Origin: Chrysomallon squamiferum
Lineage: Eukaryota > Animalia > Mollusca
NCBI GenBank assembly: GCA_012295275.1
Contig: CM022673.1
Coordinates: 10,106,001-10,170,000 of the forward strand
Reading direction: 5' to 3'
Length of the DNA stretch: 64,000 nt
The position numbers and the translations under genes are program-made. The notes under the pieces are model-generated. The model had not been told where the DNA came from. It ran no database searches and was given only the letters and a program-made list of their open reading frames with translations. Below are positions 1-13,563 of the stretch, piece after piece; within the stretch, counting starts at the first letter, position 1; the number at the start of each line of letters is the position of its first letter.

Positions 1-419
1 AAAATTATGACTTCTGTTATATTGATTTTTCATACAAATCTTTTCAAAAATGACAAAATATTTGGTTAAAATTCTTAGTAACTAGCATTTTACACTCTTC
101 AAAACACTGGACAACTGAACAGTAGGTGTTCCCCATCAATAGGCTTATTGAACTGTAACTTGACGGTATTCAGGATATTTATTATAAAATTATGTTTAAT
201 ATTTTTTGACAGAAATACCACACCTCAAGGGAGATAAGAAATGTAATGCTATTTTATTGCCAATATTAATCTTTCTTTAGTTTTTTTTTATATTTTTATA
301 TTTTTATATTTTTCTAGATATTTAATCAAAAAATAAAAAAATGTTTTTTAAAAAAAACATCAAAATTATTGTAATTTTAATCTATCAGTTTCATTCTAAA
401 ACATGACTAAGAATGTTTA

Positions 420-450
<31 letters not shown>

Positions 451-1459
451 ACTTCCAGTAGTTTACTAGATTAACACTGAAGTAAATTTATTTAAAGTCA
501 AATTTTATAGTAATTTGTTACTGATAATTTCATTAGTAATTGCAAAATATGATATCGTATTTTAGTTTTTTCAGTTTAAATTTACACATTTTAGTATTTC
601 ATTTAAGACACATTTTATTGTTAATGTCACTAAATAGAATAAAATTTAAAAAAAAAAAGGATTAGTTAAATAGTTTGTTTTTATTTCTGTCAACAATAGA
701 CATATTTTGAATGAAATTACATGTACACTAACCAGATGAGAGACACATTTAGAATGACTTCTAGGTTTAATGACTTATTAAAAAGGCATTTTACATACAT
801 CCATGTGTGCATCTTCATACAAACAGACACACACACACACACACACACACTCACACATATACATACATGGATTATTTAAAACCTCATCCTGCAAAGGTTA
901 GAGTGCTCATTTCAGCAAGGGTTTGCCATTCAGCTTGAGCAGGATAAAGCTGATATCTCAAGAAAGTATGAAAACTCACCTGTTTTGTTGTCACTATGTC
1001 AAAACAAAATAGTTCTTAACAATTTATTTGTTATTTTTTAAATGAAAACTGTTTTCCAAAATGATATCTAAATCATCAATTAATGACTAAAGAATTAAAT
1101 TTAGACTTCATATACACACACACATATTATTTAAGTAAAAATAGTTCCTTTACAAATAGCTATACATACTGAAAATACAAAAATTAACCATCATAATTTG
1201 TCACTATTTATACTGACTGCACAATAAAATTACATACATATATATTAGAATAAACCAAAAATTGATCTCTCTATACAGATGGGCAATATAAATGAATTAA
1301 AATGATTCAATCTTTGTAAGATATCAAAACCATATTTGATCTACTGCTAACCTCACATTTTTGTTTGTTTTTCTTTCTTTCTTACTCTTTTTTATTTTAT
1401 TATTATTTTTTAGATATTTCTTTTATTTTTATTTATTTATTTTTTTTTTTTTTTTTTTA

Positions 1460-1565
1460 CGGTTAGTTCAGATATGAATAACACATAAAGAAGTTAATTG
1501 CGGTTTGTTTTAATTAATTAAATAGATAAGATAAGTGATGAAATGTGCGTGTATGGCAAAAAAAA

Positions 1566-1600
<35 letters not shown>

Positions 1601-2075
1601 ATACGCGCAGCACATGCATATATTAATATTTGTAGTGTCACGTGACTCGATAGCAGACGAAAACATCTGCGTTAACATAAAAGTTCATATATTATTTCTT
1701 TTTCATTAGTTTACTTTACAGTGTGCCTTTTAAGAAGTAATATAATCATAAATATATAATGCATAATAGTATTAGTATGATTAAAACGATGCAGTTAATA
1801 ATCTTTTAATTAATTAAACGTACTTTTACTCTGAGTTGTCGCCCTTAGGCTTAAGTTTACTTGATGCCGAAATTGGATTTAGCCGATTAGTTATAAGTAT
1901 AATTGAACATGCAGAATACCAGTTTAATTTAGACATTTAAATAAATTATAGTCCGAATATAAGGAGTATTTCAAAATTTCTTTTTAAAAAAAAAAATTCT
2001 AATAATGAATAAATGGCAGATTGTAACATTCAACAAAAACACCTTTCCCGATCTCTCTTGGGACGACAGCCAGGT
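1460..2075. promoter_or_regulatory. CpG-retaining promoter region of M1AP, probably bidirectional; palindromic E-box GTCACGTGAC (1637-1646) next to TAGCAGACGA (1651-1660)
   Basis: Local CpG cluster flanked on both sides by CpG-poor DNA, immediately upstream of the M1AP ATG. Confidence 0.6.
2013..2073 (+). CDS. M1AP: M1AP exon 1 (MADCNIQQKHLSRSLLGRQP, ends phase 1)
   Basis: aaATGG start and CAG|gtatca donor. RQP joins ARAILID of exon 2, matching M1AP QQPPRLLIV. Confidence 0.85.
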
Positions 2076-2632
2076 ATCAATGATTATTAAAAGAAATACA
2101 TTTAAATATATATTATTTATGTTACATTATACTAAGAATAAATAATTGAATTTTGTGTCAAATACCATTGTTTAATAAAATAAAAGTTTATTAGAACAAA
2201 AATCAATAATTAATTTTATTACTCATTTATTATTACAAATTTTATAGCATGATGTTCTGATTATTTATATTTCTTCTTAACAAGCATTAAACTAACACTT
2301 TTGCCTATAATAAAATATATCAAATTTGTAAGTATTTTACAACAAAAATATTATTTGATAAATATTCTTTTTAATTGTTATTCAGTTCTTTACTTACTAT
2401 TCTGGTGAAATATCAAATAATATTATTTTATAAACAAGTTATGTTTTGTCCATTATTTTATTTTTTTTATTTTTATTTTTTTTTAATGTGTCTTATTTTT
2501 ATAACAAATGTTATGCCTTACTAATTATGTAATCCTTATTAAATTAATTTTATTTATATTCATAGCTATTATAAAATGTATTTTTAATTTATATCTGGAA
2601 ATCACATTTTTATATTTATGCAATAATTGCAG

Positions 2633-2790
2633 CCCGTGCCATACTAATAGATGCAAGCTGTCCATTTAATGAAGATCTGTGCGACATAATATGTGAATCT
2701 TTAGAAAATCTGTTTTGTCTTGCCTGTAATTTAGCTGGGCCCTCTCGAATACCATATGTCAGCATTTTCCTACTCACAGATGTAACTGAG
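2633..2790 (+). CDS. M1AP: M1AP exon 2 (ARAILIDASCPFNEDLCDIICESLENLFCLACNLAGPSRIPYVSIFLLTDVTE)
   Basis: ttgcag| acceptor, GAG|gtatgt donor, open frame, strong similarity to the M1AP N-terminus. Confidence 0.93.
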
Positions 2791-3513
2791 GTATGTACAA
2801 TAATTATCTTATTGTTGTATTAGCAGGTACATCAGCACTAAATTATTACACTAACTTTGGTGTTGCATTTGCACTGGTTAAGGCATGTTTGTTTAGCCTC
2901 TGGAATCAAAACCTGGGACCTTTTCAAATCCTGTGTTAATTAGGAATGTGTGAGAAAACTTCACAAACTGATCTGTCTTAAACAGACAGGTCAGGCTTAT
3001 ATAAAAGTGTTCGCATGAGAGATGAACTACTTGATTCTCTAAAATACTTTATTTCCACATGGAATTTCTTTTTGCCTGCTCTGAGCAGTCCCAAACCTAA
3101 TATTGCAAATGATTCTGAGAGTTTTTTACCCAGCAACAAATGATTACAGTAAACATTTATACCGGTATTAAAAAAGAAATTCTCAAGTATTAAATTGGCA
3201 AATTTTATTTAAAAGATTCATTTTAAAGTAATGTCAGAGTGTCAGTTTTTTGTTGCTGAAATTTTTACTGCAGGAGAAATGAATGTCAAGTTCACTGCTT
3301 AAGCAGTTTTTAAAGGTGGCAAAGCTTCTTTCATTATTCATTATTAATTTGAATTATTCCTTTATTTGTCTCATGTCTGACAGCTGGATTTTCCATGCAG
3401 CATGTAATTATATTAAAACAGTTAGTGCAAGAATTTGTGAACTTTGGAAGGGCTATTAATATTACTGTAGTTTTAAATTGGATATAATAAAATTCTGATA
3501 AATCTGATAACTC

Positions 3514-3551
<38 letters not shown>

Positions 3552-4000
3552 TTTTTGATGTCACTGGCAAATAATAACCACAATCAAATGTTCTTAATAT
3601 AAATTTTAAAAATGCTTCTTCAGGATGGTAATAATTCCTCCTAGATTTGTGAACCTTAGGTTTTTTATTCTGTATTAAAGTATGGATAAACACATTTAAT
3701 GAAATTTACAGAATAGTTTTGCCTAAACTAGAATAATTTTTATCCAATTTTATTGTAATTTTATGTTCACAGCTTATGAAATATAAAAATAAATATATTT
3801 GTGGGTCAAAGATCAGTATTGTCTACTTCAGTAAAATCATAAAATCTAACAGGATTGTGTACTTTACAAAATCAGTATAAGCCACATTAAATCCATAATT
3901 GTTTGGGATGAAAGGATTTTATTATTTACATTCATAGAAGGACCAGGCCTTTTAAATTTTTTATTAATTTATTTATTTACATATTTATATTATTATTTAT

Positions 4001-4036
<36 letters not shown>

Positions 4037-4451
4037 TTATTATTATTTTTTTTATATATATATATTTTTATTTTTATTTTTTTTATTTAACTATTGGTTT
4101 TACACTGTTGGAAATTGGCTTAAAGAGAAATACACACATATATATTTACTTACAAAAGTAAATGTCAGACCCAGACTGGAATATTGTTATCACTTAAACG
4201 TGCAATTGTTCAAGTTGGCATGTGAAATAGAAAATTGAGTGTTGGCCTACTGATTGTACAAGGTTTAAATAATACAGTGTTTACTTGACAAAACTGATTT
4301 AACTGTTCATTTTTTTCTTTTCTTTTTTTCCTATTTTCTTCTTCTTATTATTATTACTATTTTTTTCTGTTATTGTTGCAAAAATTGGACAGCCTTTTGA
4401 GATTATTTTGGTTTATGAAGCCATAAAATCCAGAACTAGCTCATTTTATTT

Positions 4452-4490
<39 letters not shown>

Positions 4491-4823
4491 ATGTGTGTGT
4501 TCTACAACTGAAAATATGCTTCATATTTAAATGTGTATAAATTGAAATAAAAAATTTGGTTCACAGAATCCATTAATTCAGATATTAATCAGATGAGTTA
4601 ATTGTAGATTACTCTGTTAAAGTATTGATATCCAAATTAACATCAGTACTAAATTTGATTATCCTTTTTAATTAAATAAATTTTCATTGTCATTATCATC
4701 TTCATCATCATCATTATTATTATTATTATTAATATTATTGTTGTGGTTGTGGTTGTTGTTGTTGTCATTAATATTATTATTGTTGTTACTATTATTATTA
4801 TTAAATTAATTCTTTTGATTCAG

Positions 4824-5003
4824 TGTTTACTGCCGCTGTACTATGTAAAATCAAACTTCACTCGAATTCACAATGCTTTAATTCAGTTAAAAAAAACTGT
4901 AAGTGACATGGGTCGACTTCCAAGTCGAGATAATATTTCATTCATAACCGGTATTCAAAATGCCAGTGAACAGTATAGAAGACAACAAAAAACAGTGTGT
5001 CAG
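4824..5003 (+). CDS. M1AP: M1AP exon 3 (CLLPLYYVKSNFTRIHNALIQL...QYRRQQKTVCQ)
   Basis: ttcag| acceptor, CAG|gtattt donor, 180 nt. Lies inside track ORF 4743..5024. Confidence 0.92.
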
Positions 5004-5141
5004 GTATTTCAATCAGCTTTTTAAACTTTATAATTGAATGGATAAAAGTCTGTAATTAATTATGCTCCAGGTATATGTTAATATGTTTCAATGCAGATAA
5101 CTCAGTTTGTCTAATCTTGTAATTTAGGATAAATAAAAAAG

Positions 5142-5198
<57 letters not shown>

Positions 5199-5412
5199 GT
5201 CATCATCATCATTTTATTAATATGGATTTTAACACAGTGTGTTTTTGTAAATATATTTTAAAAGACCATATTCTTTCTATCTTTGTTTCATTCCACTGTC
5301 TAATAATATTATTTTTGTTTACTTTTTTTTCAAATTGTTCAAAAAAATTAGTAATTTAATTTAAAACACACTTAAGTTTGCCTAATTGTATTTCTTTTCA
5401 AAATATATTTAG

Positions 5413-5526
5413 GTTGGTACAAATTTCAATCAGCTAGAAATTATTATACTGTCATGCCAGAGTCCACATTTTCTGCAGCAGCAGCTAGAATCAGTAGTGC
5501 CCTCTGTAGAGCTTCAACATCTTAAG
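5413..5526 (+). CDS. M1AP: M1AP exon 4 (VGTNFNQLEIIILSCQSPHFLQQQLESVVPSVELQHLK)
   Basis: tttag| acceptor, AAG|gtaatc donor, 114 nt. Matches M1AP LEITILTSQP...QLE. Confidence 0.9.
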
Positions 5527-8001
5527 GTAATCAAATTTTGATAAATGTATTCTTCTGAATTAACCTGTGAACTTGGAGCATGTCAGCCAAATAAGTGTCA
5601 TCTCCTGCTGAAGCACTAAGTGCAGATTTGATCAGTTTATCAAAATGGAATTAGCTACCATTAAAACCTCTCTTCTACAGATTTATTCCAAACGAAGATA
5701 ATAATCAGTATGTTATACACTGAAACTGAATGTGTGTATGTATTTGTGTTAGTGTGTGTAAGTTTCTATGTATGTGGGATCTGTGTCTGTGTGTTTTTGC
5801 AGTTTTTGTGTGTGTTTTTATATTTGCATCAATGATATATTTTAAATCTTAAATAAAAATATCAGAGGTTAATAAGTACAATGATTTTGGATGAATTAAT
5901 AACAAGCATCTATTTTGAGAAATTAATTATTGAACTTCCCAAAGTGTACATTCTGGCAAAAGATTATTTTGTTGAAATGTTAATTAGGTTCATGTTATTT
6001 TGAAAGTTATATCTGTCATAATTATAGATTCTCTTCTTTTATGAAATCTTAGATTTGTCGTTGATTTTGACACAGAAAACCTTTATTTTCTTTCTTTCTT
6101 ACAAAAATTTTCATTAAAAATTATAAAAACTCTAATTTAAAAATGACATTTTTTTGTGAATTCATAAATTCAATGATTTAATTATATTCACAAAACAAAG
6201 AAATCATTAATACATACTTTATTTCATATTATGGTAGCAAATATCATGATATGACTTAGCTAATCATTATTTACATGTACTGTCAGTATTTAATGTATCG
6301 TGTAATGGATTTTCACGAAGAAACGTATTACTCTTTTCACATGTGTTTAAGATGTTTAATTTGTTTTACGTCTTCAGTGGTTATTTAAATTTTTCTTCCC
6401 ACACATCCTTTCAGTCATAAAAATACAAAGACATAAGTATATTAACACATAAATAAGGCCACTTCAGATTCTTAATAACATTTAAATGGATTATTACATG
6501 AATAACACTATAAACATTGACACATTTATCATCTTGTAGCATAAACTTTGTATTTTTTCTAAACACTGTGAGCTGAAGGCTTAAAGTAAACATTGTTACC
6601 ATTGTATATGTGCACTGGCAAACATCTTTCATTATAAGTTTTCTGATCACCATTAAGATTTTAATGATTTTTATATCAAACTTTTCACTGCACTCATATT
6701 AAGTGAAGCAAACTTTGTGTGTTTCCTGAAATACTTTTATCTGGTTACTTTTATCTCATTTAATTCTTTTAAATGTTTTTTCTTTTCAATTAACTTTTAA
6801 AAAAAAAAAAATTAAAATAAAATAAAATAAAATTGTGACAAAGGAATTTTAAAGTTCAACTCTGAACTAATAGTATTTGGTTTGCTTACACAAATTTCAA
6901 AATGTCTTGTCAATCCCTTCAGTTTAAAAAAAAAAATTAAAATAAAAACAATTTAAAAAAATCATTTTTATGATTTAATCAATTAAGGCCATGTAATAGT
7001 ACTTATAAAATTTTTTCTTCTTCTTCTGCAGTTTACCTCAGCCTAATATATAACAGATATTAAAGAGAATGCAATAAAGAAGGAATCCCAAAAAATAAAA
7101 ATAAATAAATAAATAAACTAAATGATGCAGTACATCATAAATACATCTATTTCATTGCAGTTAAAAAGACCAATCTCTGCATAAACCTTGAGAATGCAAC
7201 TGCAGTAAATAAAATAAAAGTGAAAAAGAATGTTTCATGTTAACATACATGGATTTTATGGTGATAACAATGGAGATTTCTTTTAAAAAACAGGATTATT
7301 ATTATTACTATTTTTATGACATGTCAAAATATATCTCTGAACAATGATTTGCTGGGTATGTTAGTGGGTTGTGGATTATCAGAATTTAGAAATAGTGTGG
7401 TGAAACCACTCCTCATCTCTAGAGTTGATAAGATGAAATGACAAACACAGGCTTAAGAGTCATTCTCAGTACTTAGCAAGTTACACTGACATGTTGCTTG
7501 CAGCATATTTGTACTTTTAGCAACTTCATTTGTCATATAAGAAATGTTATGAAGATGTTATATTTAAAATATGGCCCCTTTTTTCAGCACTAATCATCTT
7601 TTTCAACCAATCAATATATATTTTATTGTTAGGTCAATTAACATGACACACAATTTCATCTTTTATTACTTCATTAGATATTTTCAGTTTGATTTGGTTT
7701 CCTTTTTGTTTATATATTCTTTTTTTTTTTTCCAAAGGTTTATGTTAATTATAAATTTAACTGTATAGTAAATTCATCTTTATTGGAGTTTAATATCCTT
7801 CTCGCAATAACAAAACAACAAATAAAAATATATTTAATAAAAAAGAAAATCTTAATTATTAGAATTGTTTTGTATGCTAAAAGTTGCATATTAAGAATTT
7901 GAAATATTGAATAATCACTGTATTAGTTATTAAACTAAATGGTAATTTAAAATTTATTTGTATTAAATGAAATGACTAAGTACAGATTTTATTTTGTCTA
8001 G

Positions 8002-8143
8002 CGCATTGTTTGTGTTACCATTACACTGAAGTCTATGGTTGAAGCACTTGAAGGTTTTGACGAAAGCCCAAGTAGTGTAGAATCAGCACATTCAGTTTCC
8101 AGTCATCTTGGAGAGCTTGTGGATACAGTGACATTAGATGCAG
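8002..8143 (+). CDS. M1AP: M1AP exon 5 (RIVCVTITLKSMVEALEGFDESPSS...LGELVDTVTLDA), GC donor
   Basis: tttgtctag| acceptor and CAG|gcaagt donor. Ends in phase 1, as exon 6 requires. Confidence 0.85.
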
Positions 8144-8247
8144 GCAAGTTCTGTCTACATCATACACATTCCACAATATTTCAACTAAAATTTTCTTACT
8201 TCAAATTTGGATGAACTGCAAATTGTTCTTTCTCTCTTTCTTTTATT

Positions 8248-8307
<60 letters not shown>

Positions 8308-8651
8308 TATTTTTTTATTTTATTTGTAGTAATTAAAACAGCCTAAATATTTTTCTCACAGTGATTTAATTTTTAAGGATAATAGCAAGATGTACACTTT
8401 GCTGAATATTTTATTAAAACAAGCTTTTTTATTGTTTTTATTCCAATGATTTAAATGTTTTGTATTTTATCAATTATTTAAAAAAAATAAAAAAAAAAAC
8501 GAAATAATTAATTCTTTTGTTATTTTATTATTATTAATTGTTAACTTTATTTTATTTTATTTATTATTATTAATATTATCTTTTTTTTAATGGTCAGTTT
8601 GCTTGTTTGCTTTTTTTATTATTATTATTTTTGATTTATATTTTTATTTTA

Positions 8652-8682
<31 letters not shown>

Positions 8683-9929
8683 TTATTTTTTTTTTTGTTA
8701 ACTAAATCTGTCTGAAGACATTTTTTGTCGTTGTTTCCATTGATTATTTTAAAAATTGTTTTCTCTAATCCTCCTGACAATTCATGTTAGTGTTTATTAT
8801 GTTCTGAGCCTCTCCTAAAGAAATTAGATAAGCAATAATCTTCTGAAAGTCTGTCTTCATCTCTTTCATTGAGTGAAGAATGAAAACTTCTTTAGAAACA
8901 CCTCCACACACTAAATGTTATCAGTTATTAGGAATCAAACTAATCCAGGAAAATCTGCCTCCAGTTGTCTCTTTGTTTGTTTATTGTGTTGTTTTTTCTG
9001 TTTTGTTTTTTATTTGTTTTCTTTCTTTCTTTTTATATATATAATAGATTGATCTGCAATCAAACACATCTCAAGTAACTGTTCTATCATGAAGCAATAA
9101 ATCAGTCCTTGAACAGAGAACTTGAAAATATTATCTAAGGAAAGACCAACACAACTGAATAATACAGTTTCAATAAAAATAAAAATAAAAAATAAAAAAT
9201 ATATAATATATATAACAAAATATAAAAAAATAATTTCATAATATTTTTAATAATGGGTGGGTTTTTTTTTTTTTTTAGAGGCTTTTTTGTTTGTTTTGGG
9301 GTTTTTTGTTGCTTTTCTTTTTCTTTTTTTTGGTTTTATATGTTCATTTCCCATATCTCCCATTTTGATTACAATGATCTCTATTGCTTGTTAAGATTAC
9401 AATAATCTTTTATCTCCAGTTTTAATTTTCAATTTCTCCATTTATTCATTAATAAAAAAAAAAAAAAAAAAACATATTCGGTTTAATTCCTCAAGGATTT
9501 CATGTTGTTTTTTTATTTCATTTCAGCAAAAATATTCCTCCCTTAACAATTCATAATGCAATTTTAGTTTTAATTTATTTCCTCTTAGTGTCTTCTTAGG
9601 TTTTATTAAGTATGCAATATTGGTTTATGTTTGTTTTGTGGCATATGTATTTGTTATTAATTTTAATTATTAATTGTAATACAGATATTTTCATTTAGTG
9701 TTATTTAAGATGTATCTAATATGTTAGCTGATCCATTCTTTTCAAATATATTTTCAGAAATTCACTTCCAGTTTGTGGAACTGTTAATACCACATATGTC
9801 ATAGAGTTTCCATCAACATTAATTGTATCTGAATAAACTATATATGTAATTGTATTTAAATTGTTATCATCACTGTAATCAACATGACTGTCATTATAAA
9901 TTAAATTCAAAAGTCATTTCTCTTTCCAG

Positions 9930-10025
9930 ATCAGTTAAGTTTACAAAACTTTTTTCATGGCTGGCTGATGGATTCAGGATGTGACAGTGAATATCTACAA
10001 GTAATACTCCCTCCTGCTGCACCAG
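9930..10025 (+). CDS. M1AP: M1AP exon 6 (DQLSLQNFFHGWLMDSGCDSEYLQVILPPAAP)
   Basis: tctttccag| acceptor, CAG|gtttga donor. Matches M1AP FFKAWLHNSGTDQEQIHLLL. Confidence 0.92.
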
Positions 10026-10317
10026 GTTTGAAACACTAATACAGTATTTAGCAAAACTCTGGTGATAATCATTTGTTCTGTAAAGCTTGACTGGACTGAT
10101 TGCATTACAGACTGTCACACAATTACAAATGATTACGATAAGCTGCAATTACTTGGCTTTTTAAAAATATATTAAATTCGATTCAGTAGGAGATAAGAAA
10201 TATTTTTGAAGTCACTGAATGAATGTTTAATTACATTTTGATATGAATGGTAGTGGTTTGTCAAATGTATGGTTTTGTTGTTGTTTGTCTTTCTGTAATT
10301 TATTATTTATAATATGA

Positions 10318-10490
10318 TGGAGGAAACCTGTTTCTGCCACTTCATGGACTGCCCTCACTGAATAGTTTCATATGCACTATTTCATATTTAGGAAAATGCA
10401 TTACATGGCCTTTGAAAAGCCATGGACAACTTTTTACATGAAGTGGGCCACATGAGACATGGCTCATCATCAGGTGAGCTACACTGCTAA
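10318..10490 (-). mobile_element. Degenerate SINE fragment, same family as the copy at 53.4 kb, in M1AP intron 6
   Basis: GAGGAAACCTGTTTCTGCCACTTCATGG is the reverse complement of the family's CCATGAAGTGG...TTTC core, followed by TATGCAC and GGCCTTTG remnants. Confidence 0.55.
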
Positions 10491-11620
10491 AAAAACTCAA
10501 TTTCAGTAAATGTTATTTTCATCTTGAAATTAGGTGTGCCATTCAGAAAGCCCTTGACTGCCATAAAGGAAAATAATACTTTAAGAGTACATCTCTGAGC
10601 TGCAATCCACTCCTTCATAATCTAATTCCATACAGATGTACTACTTTTAGTATAGCTGAAAATTAAAATACTAAACTATTTCAAAGTATTTTTTTTTCGA
10701 ATCTACATTTACAAATAATAGCATTCTTAATAACTTTCATATGGATTATCACTATGTCAGATGCTTTTAGTAAACAAACTAATATCATTCTAAAAAAATT
10801 AGGTTGATATAATCTACACTGATGTACAAATAAAAGGTGATTTAGAATTCACATACTTTTTTCCTTTTTTTGTTGTTGATTTCTTTGTAATATATGTTTT
10901 GATTTGTAACTTATATTGTTCTCATCATTTAAAAGAATGAAAAAAGATGATTTATTTAAATATGTTTGTATATATATCACTGAAGACAAATAGCAATAAT
11001 TATTTTATCAGCATGAACTATTAATATGTCAACATGCTATTATTAATAAATATCATGACATTCTAATAATCTCCTTATTTTTCTTTTTTACTTTTATCAA
11101 CATTTGCTCATTACATTTCCACCAGCAGTATTCTTCTCATTTTTTTTCAATAATGGTTTATTATATTTATAATTCTTTGCATCAGTGACTAGGATATGTC
11201 AGCCTTTGTGTTAAAACCAAAGGTATATGTCAGCCTTTGTTATAGAACCAACATCCATTAAATAAGATAAAGCATTTATTAATTACATACCTTTCAGAAA
11301 CTTGCAGTGCTTTCTAATTTAATGTTTTTGGGTGTATCAGGAAATATGGATCAGTGTATGTTGCTGTCAGATTCCCCTCAGATTTCTGTAAATCCATTTA
11401 GAAATATAATATACAAATAAACTTAATAAAAAATATATAGTGGTTGTAAAGTAATATATCAGTAGGTATTTTTATTGTTTTCTATTAAATAAAAAATATA
11501 AATAAATAAACAAACAAACATATAAGAGTGTAAAAGATTATTTTAATATTAATGTTATTAACCATAATATTGGACTAAAAACTATTTGTTTACATTATTT
11601 TAAAAAACTACTTTTAAAAT

Positions 11621-12937
11621 TTTACTGGTAAATGAAGTACATATTTCAATGATTTATTTTATGGGAATATTTTTCTCTAGTTTAAACAAAAGCTGTATGT
11701 ATGGTGTTAAGATTTTGAGAACTTTCTATTTTGTTTTAATCTGTTTTATAAATATTTTTCTTGATCAGTTAATCCCTGTAGTCATATAGATTATGTTAAT
11801 ATTTCTGCAGCCATGTAAACAGACAAATGGTGATTGTAAACAGTTTACTTGATCAGCAGTACTGTAAATATGGCATTTTGACTATAAATACTCTGTAATA
11901 TTTATTATTAAGAAAAATATTCACTAAAACATTATACATATGCAGAATAAACTAAATTCTCATAGTATACAAGTGATGCTTTAAGCAAAAAAAAGAAAAA
12001 TATTATTAACAATAATAATAATAATTTAATTTTTATAATTAATGTAAATAAAAAAATAAAACATTATGGTTTATGGAAATTCAAAAAACAAAACAAAAGC
12101 AAAAGAAAAGAAAAGTAAAGAAAAAAGCAGATTGCTAATGTATGTTCAAAGTAAAAAAGGAAATCTTAAATAACATTATTAATTATGTAGCTATTATAAA
12201 TATGTATCTGTAGACATTGTCAGAATGTTTACCCTTAGAATAAATATCTATTCATTTGGTTCTATGGCAGAAGAGATGTTAATATCTCACAGAGTTCACA
12301 AAGGTTGATTAATTCTTGAATGCTTGCATTTCAAACTAATAAACCTATTGAAATCTGTAGCTGTTTTTAACACTGAGATAAACTCCTTTAGTCCATGACA
12401 GAAAACAAAAATGAACTATTTACTGGAATCTTTGTTACTGATGAACTGAATGACATGCACCACAATGATAGTGAATGTGTGTTTAAGTTCAATGTGGCAT
12501 GCTTGTTTATGTTCTAAGAAATGAAAGAGCTTGATCTTTTCTCATATTTCAACTTGGATTGTAGGCCTGGGTATAATAGTTGAATTTTTTTTATTTCAAG
12601 AAATATCTGATAGTATCTGCTTTTGACGTTAATAAAGATGAAATATTTGTTTTTTTATTATCTTTTATTTTCTTCCATAACTGTTTCTTCTTCAGTATCT
12701 TTTTTTTTTTTTTTTTTTCAGTAAGTTTTTGTTAGAATTGTTTCTCAGTTCAGCTTAAATGACATTAGTCCTGATAATGAAATGTATGAAATAAATCATA
12801 TTTCCAATGGTTTAAACAGGCTGTGGCTTTACTGGTAAATGAAGTACATATTTCACAATAAAACTGATTCACTGACTGATATATTTTATGGGAATATTTT
12901 TCTCTGATTTAAACAAAAGCTTTATCTGTGGTGTTAA
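11621..12937 (+). repeat. Dispersed direct repeat pair (11621-11710 and 12828-12937)
   Basis: Both copies read TTTACTGGTAAATGAAGTACATATTTCA...ATTTTATGGGAATATTTTTCTCT..TTTAAACAAAAGCT.TAT.T.TGGTGTTAA. The second has a ~20-nt insertion. Confidence 0.85.
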
Positions 12938-13483
12938 CAGGTATTAAAGTATTATTTCTAGTCATACATAAGTATTATTTATGTATCCTAAACAGTTGCT
13001 GAGTTTAGAAAGTAAAGAAACCTGAATATTCAGAGATATGATGTGTTTAATTTTCTCAGAAGAATTGTTAGAATTTTAATTCTAATGTACTTTGGATCAG
13101 TCCTTCATGGGGTGTTTTTTCAGTTATTTTCCATTTCAGTGAATGGTTTATCAAAGATGTGTTTATTCTTGGTTCTGGAGAAGAATTTATAAAATATTCC
13201 TTTGTTTTAACTCACAATAGAAAATCCAGAATGGCGACTCTATCCATATCTATCATTATTGCATAAATTTGTTTTATGTGTAGTAATATTAATAAAAATA
13301 TTAATATACTACTAATATTTTGCTCTGTAGGAGAAGATGTGTATTAAAAAGAAAACAAAAAACCCCAAACCATATAACAGCAGTAGTGTTTTCCTTTTAT
13401 CACTGTACAAAAATGACACATCTATCGATACATTACTGGTATGAAATTATTATTATTGTTATTTTTTAACATATCTCTTAAAG

Positions 13484-13563
13484 ATTTTGAAGATGTTGTT
13501 ATCAAATGTGATATGCAGGAAAGGCTCATCAACCCAGCACAGTTACCATGTAGTGAAACCTTT
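13484..13563 (+). CDS. M1AP: M1AP exon 7 (DFEDVVIKCDMQERLINPAQLPCSETF)
   Basis: ctcttaaag| acceptor, TTT|gtgagt donor. KCD.QERL motif. Confidence 0.92.

Noticed and set aside
2074-2082. Possible U12-type donor (gtatcaat); also gtcctt at 16650
   Set aside because: Neither matches GTATCCTT, and no TCCTTAAC branch site was seen near the acceptors.
3334-3693. 119-aa minus-strand ORF in M1AP intron 2
   Set aside because: It passes through (TA)n/poly-A, has biased composition and no recognisable domain.
7026-7206. Loose inverted repeat bounded by CTGCAGTT...AACTGCAG
   Set aside because: The arms are too degenerate to distinguish from an old repeat remnant or chance.
9894-10148. 84-aa minus-strand ORF with a signal-peptide-like start
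   Set aside because: It overlaps M1AP exon 6 antisense, and the plus frame carries the conserved motif.
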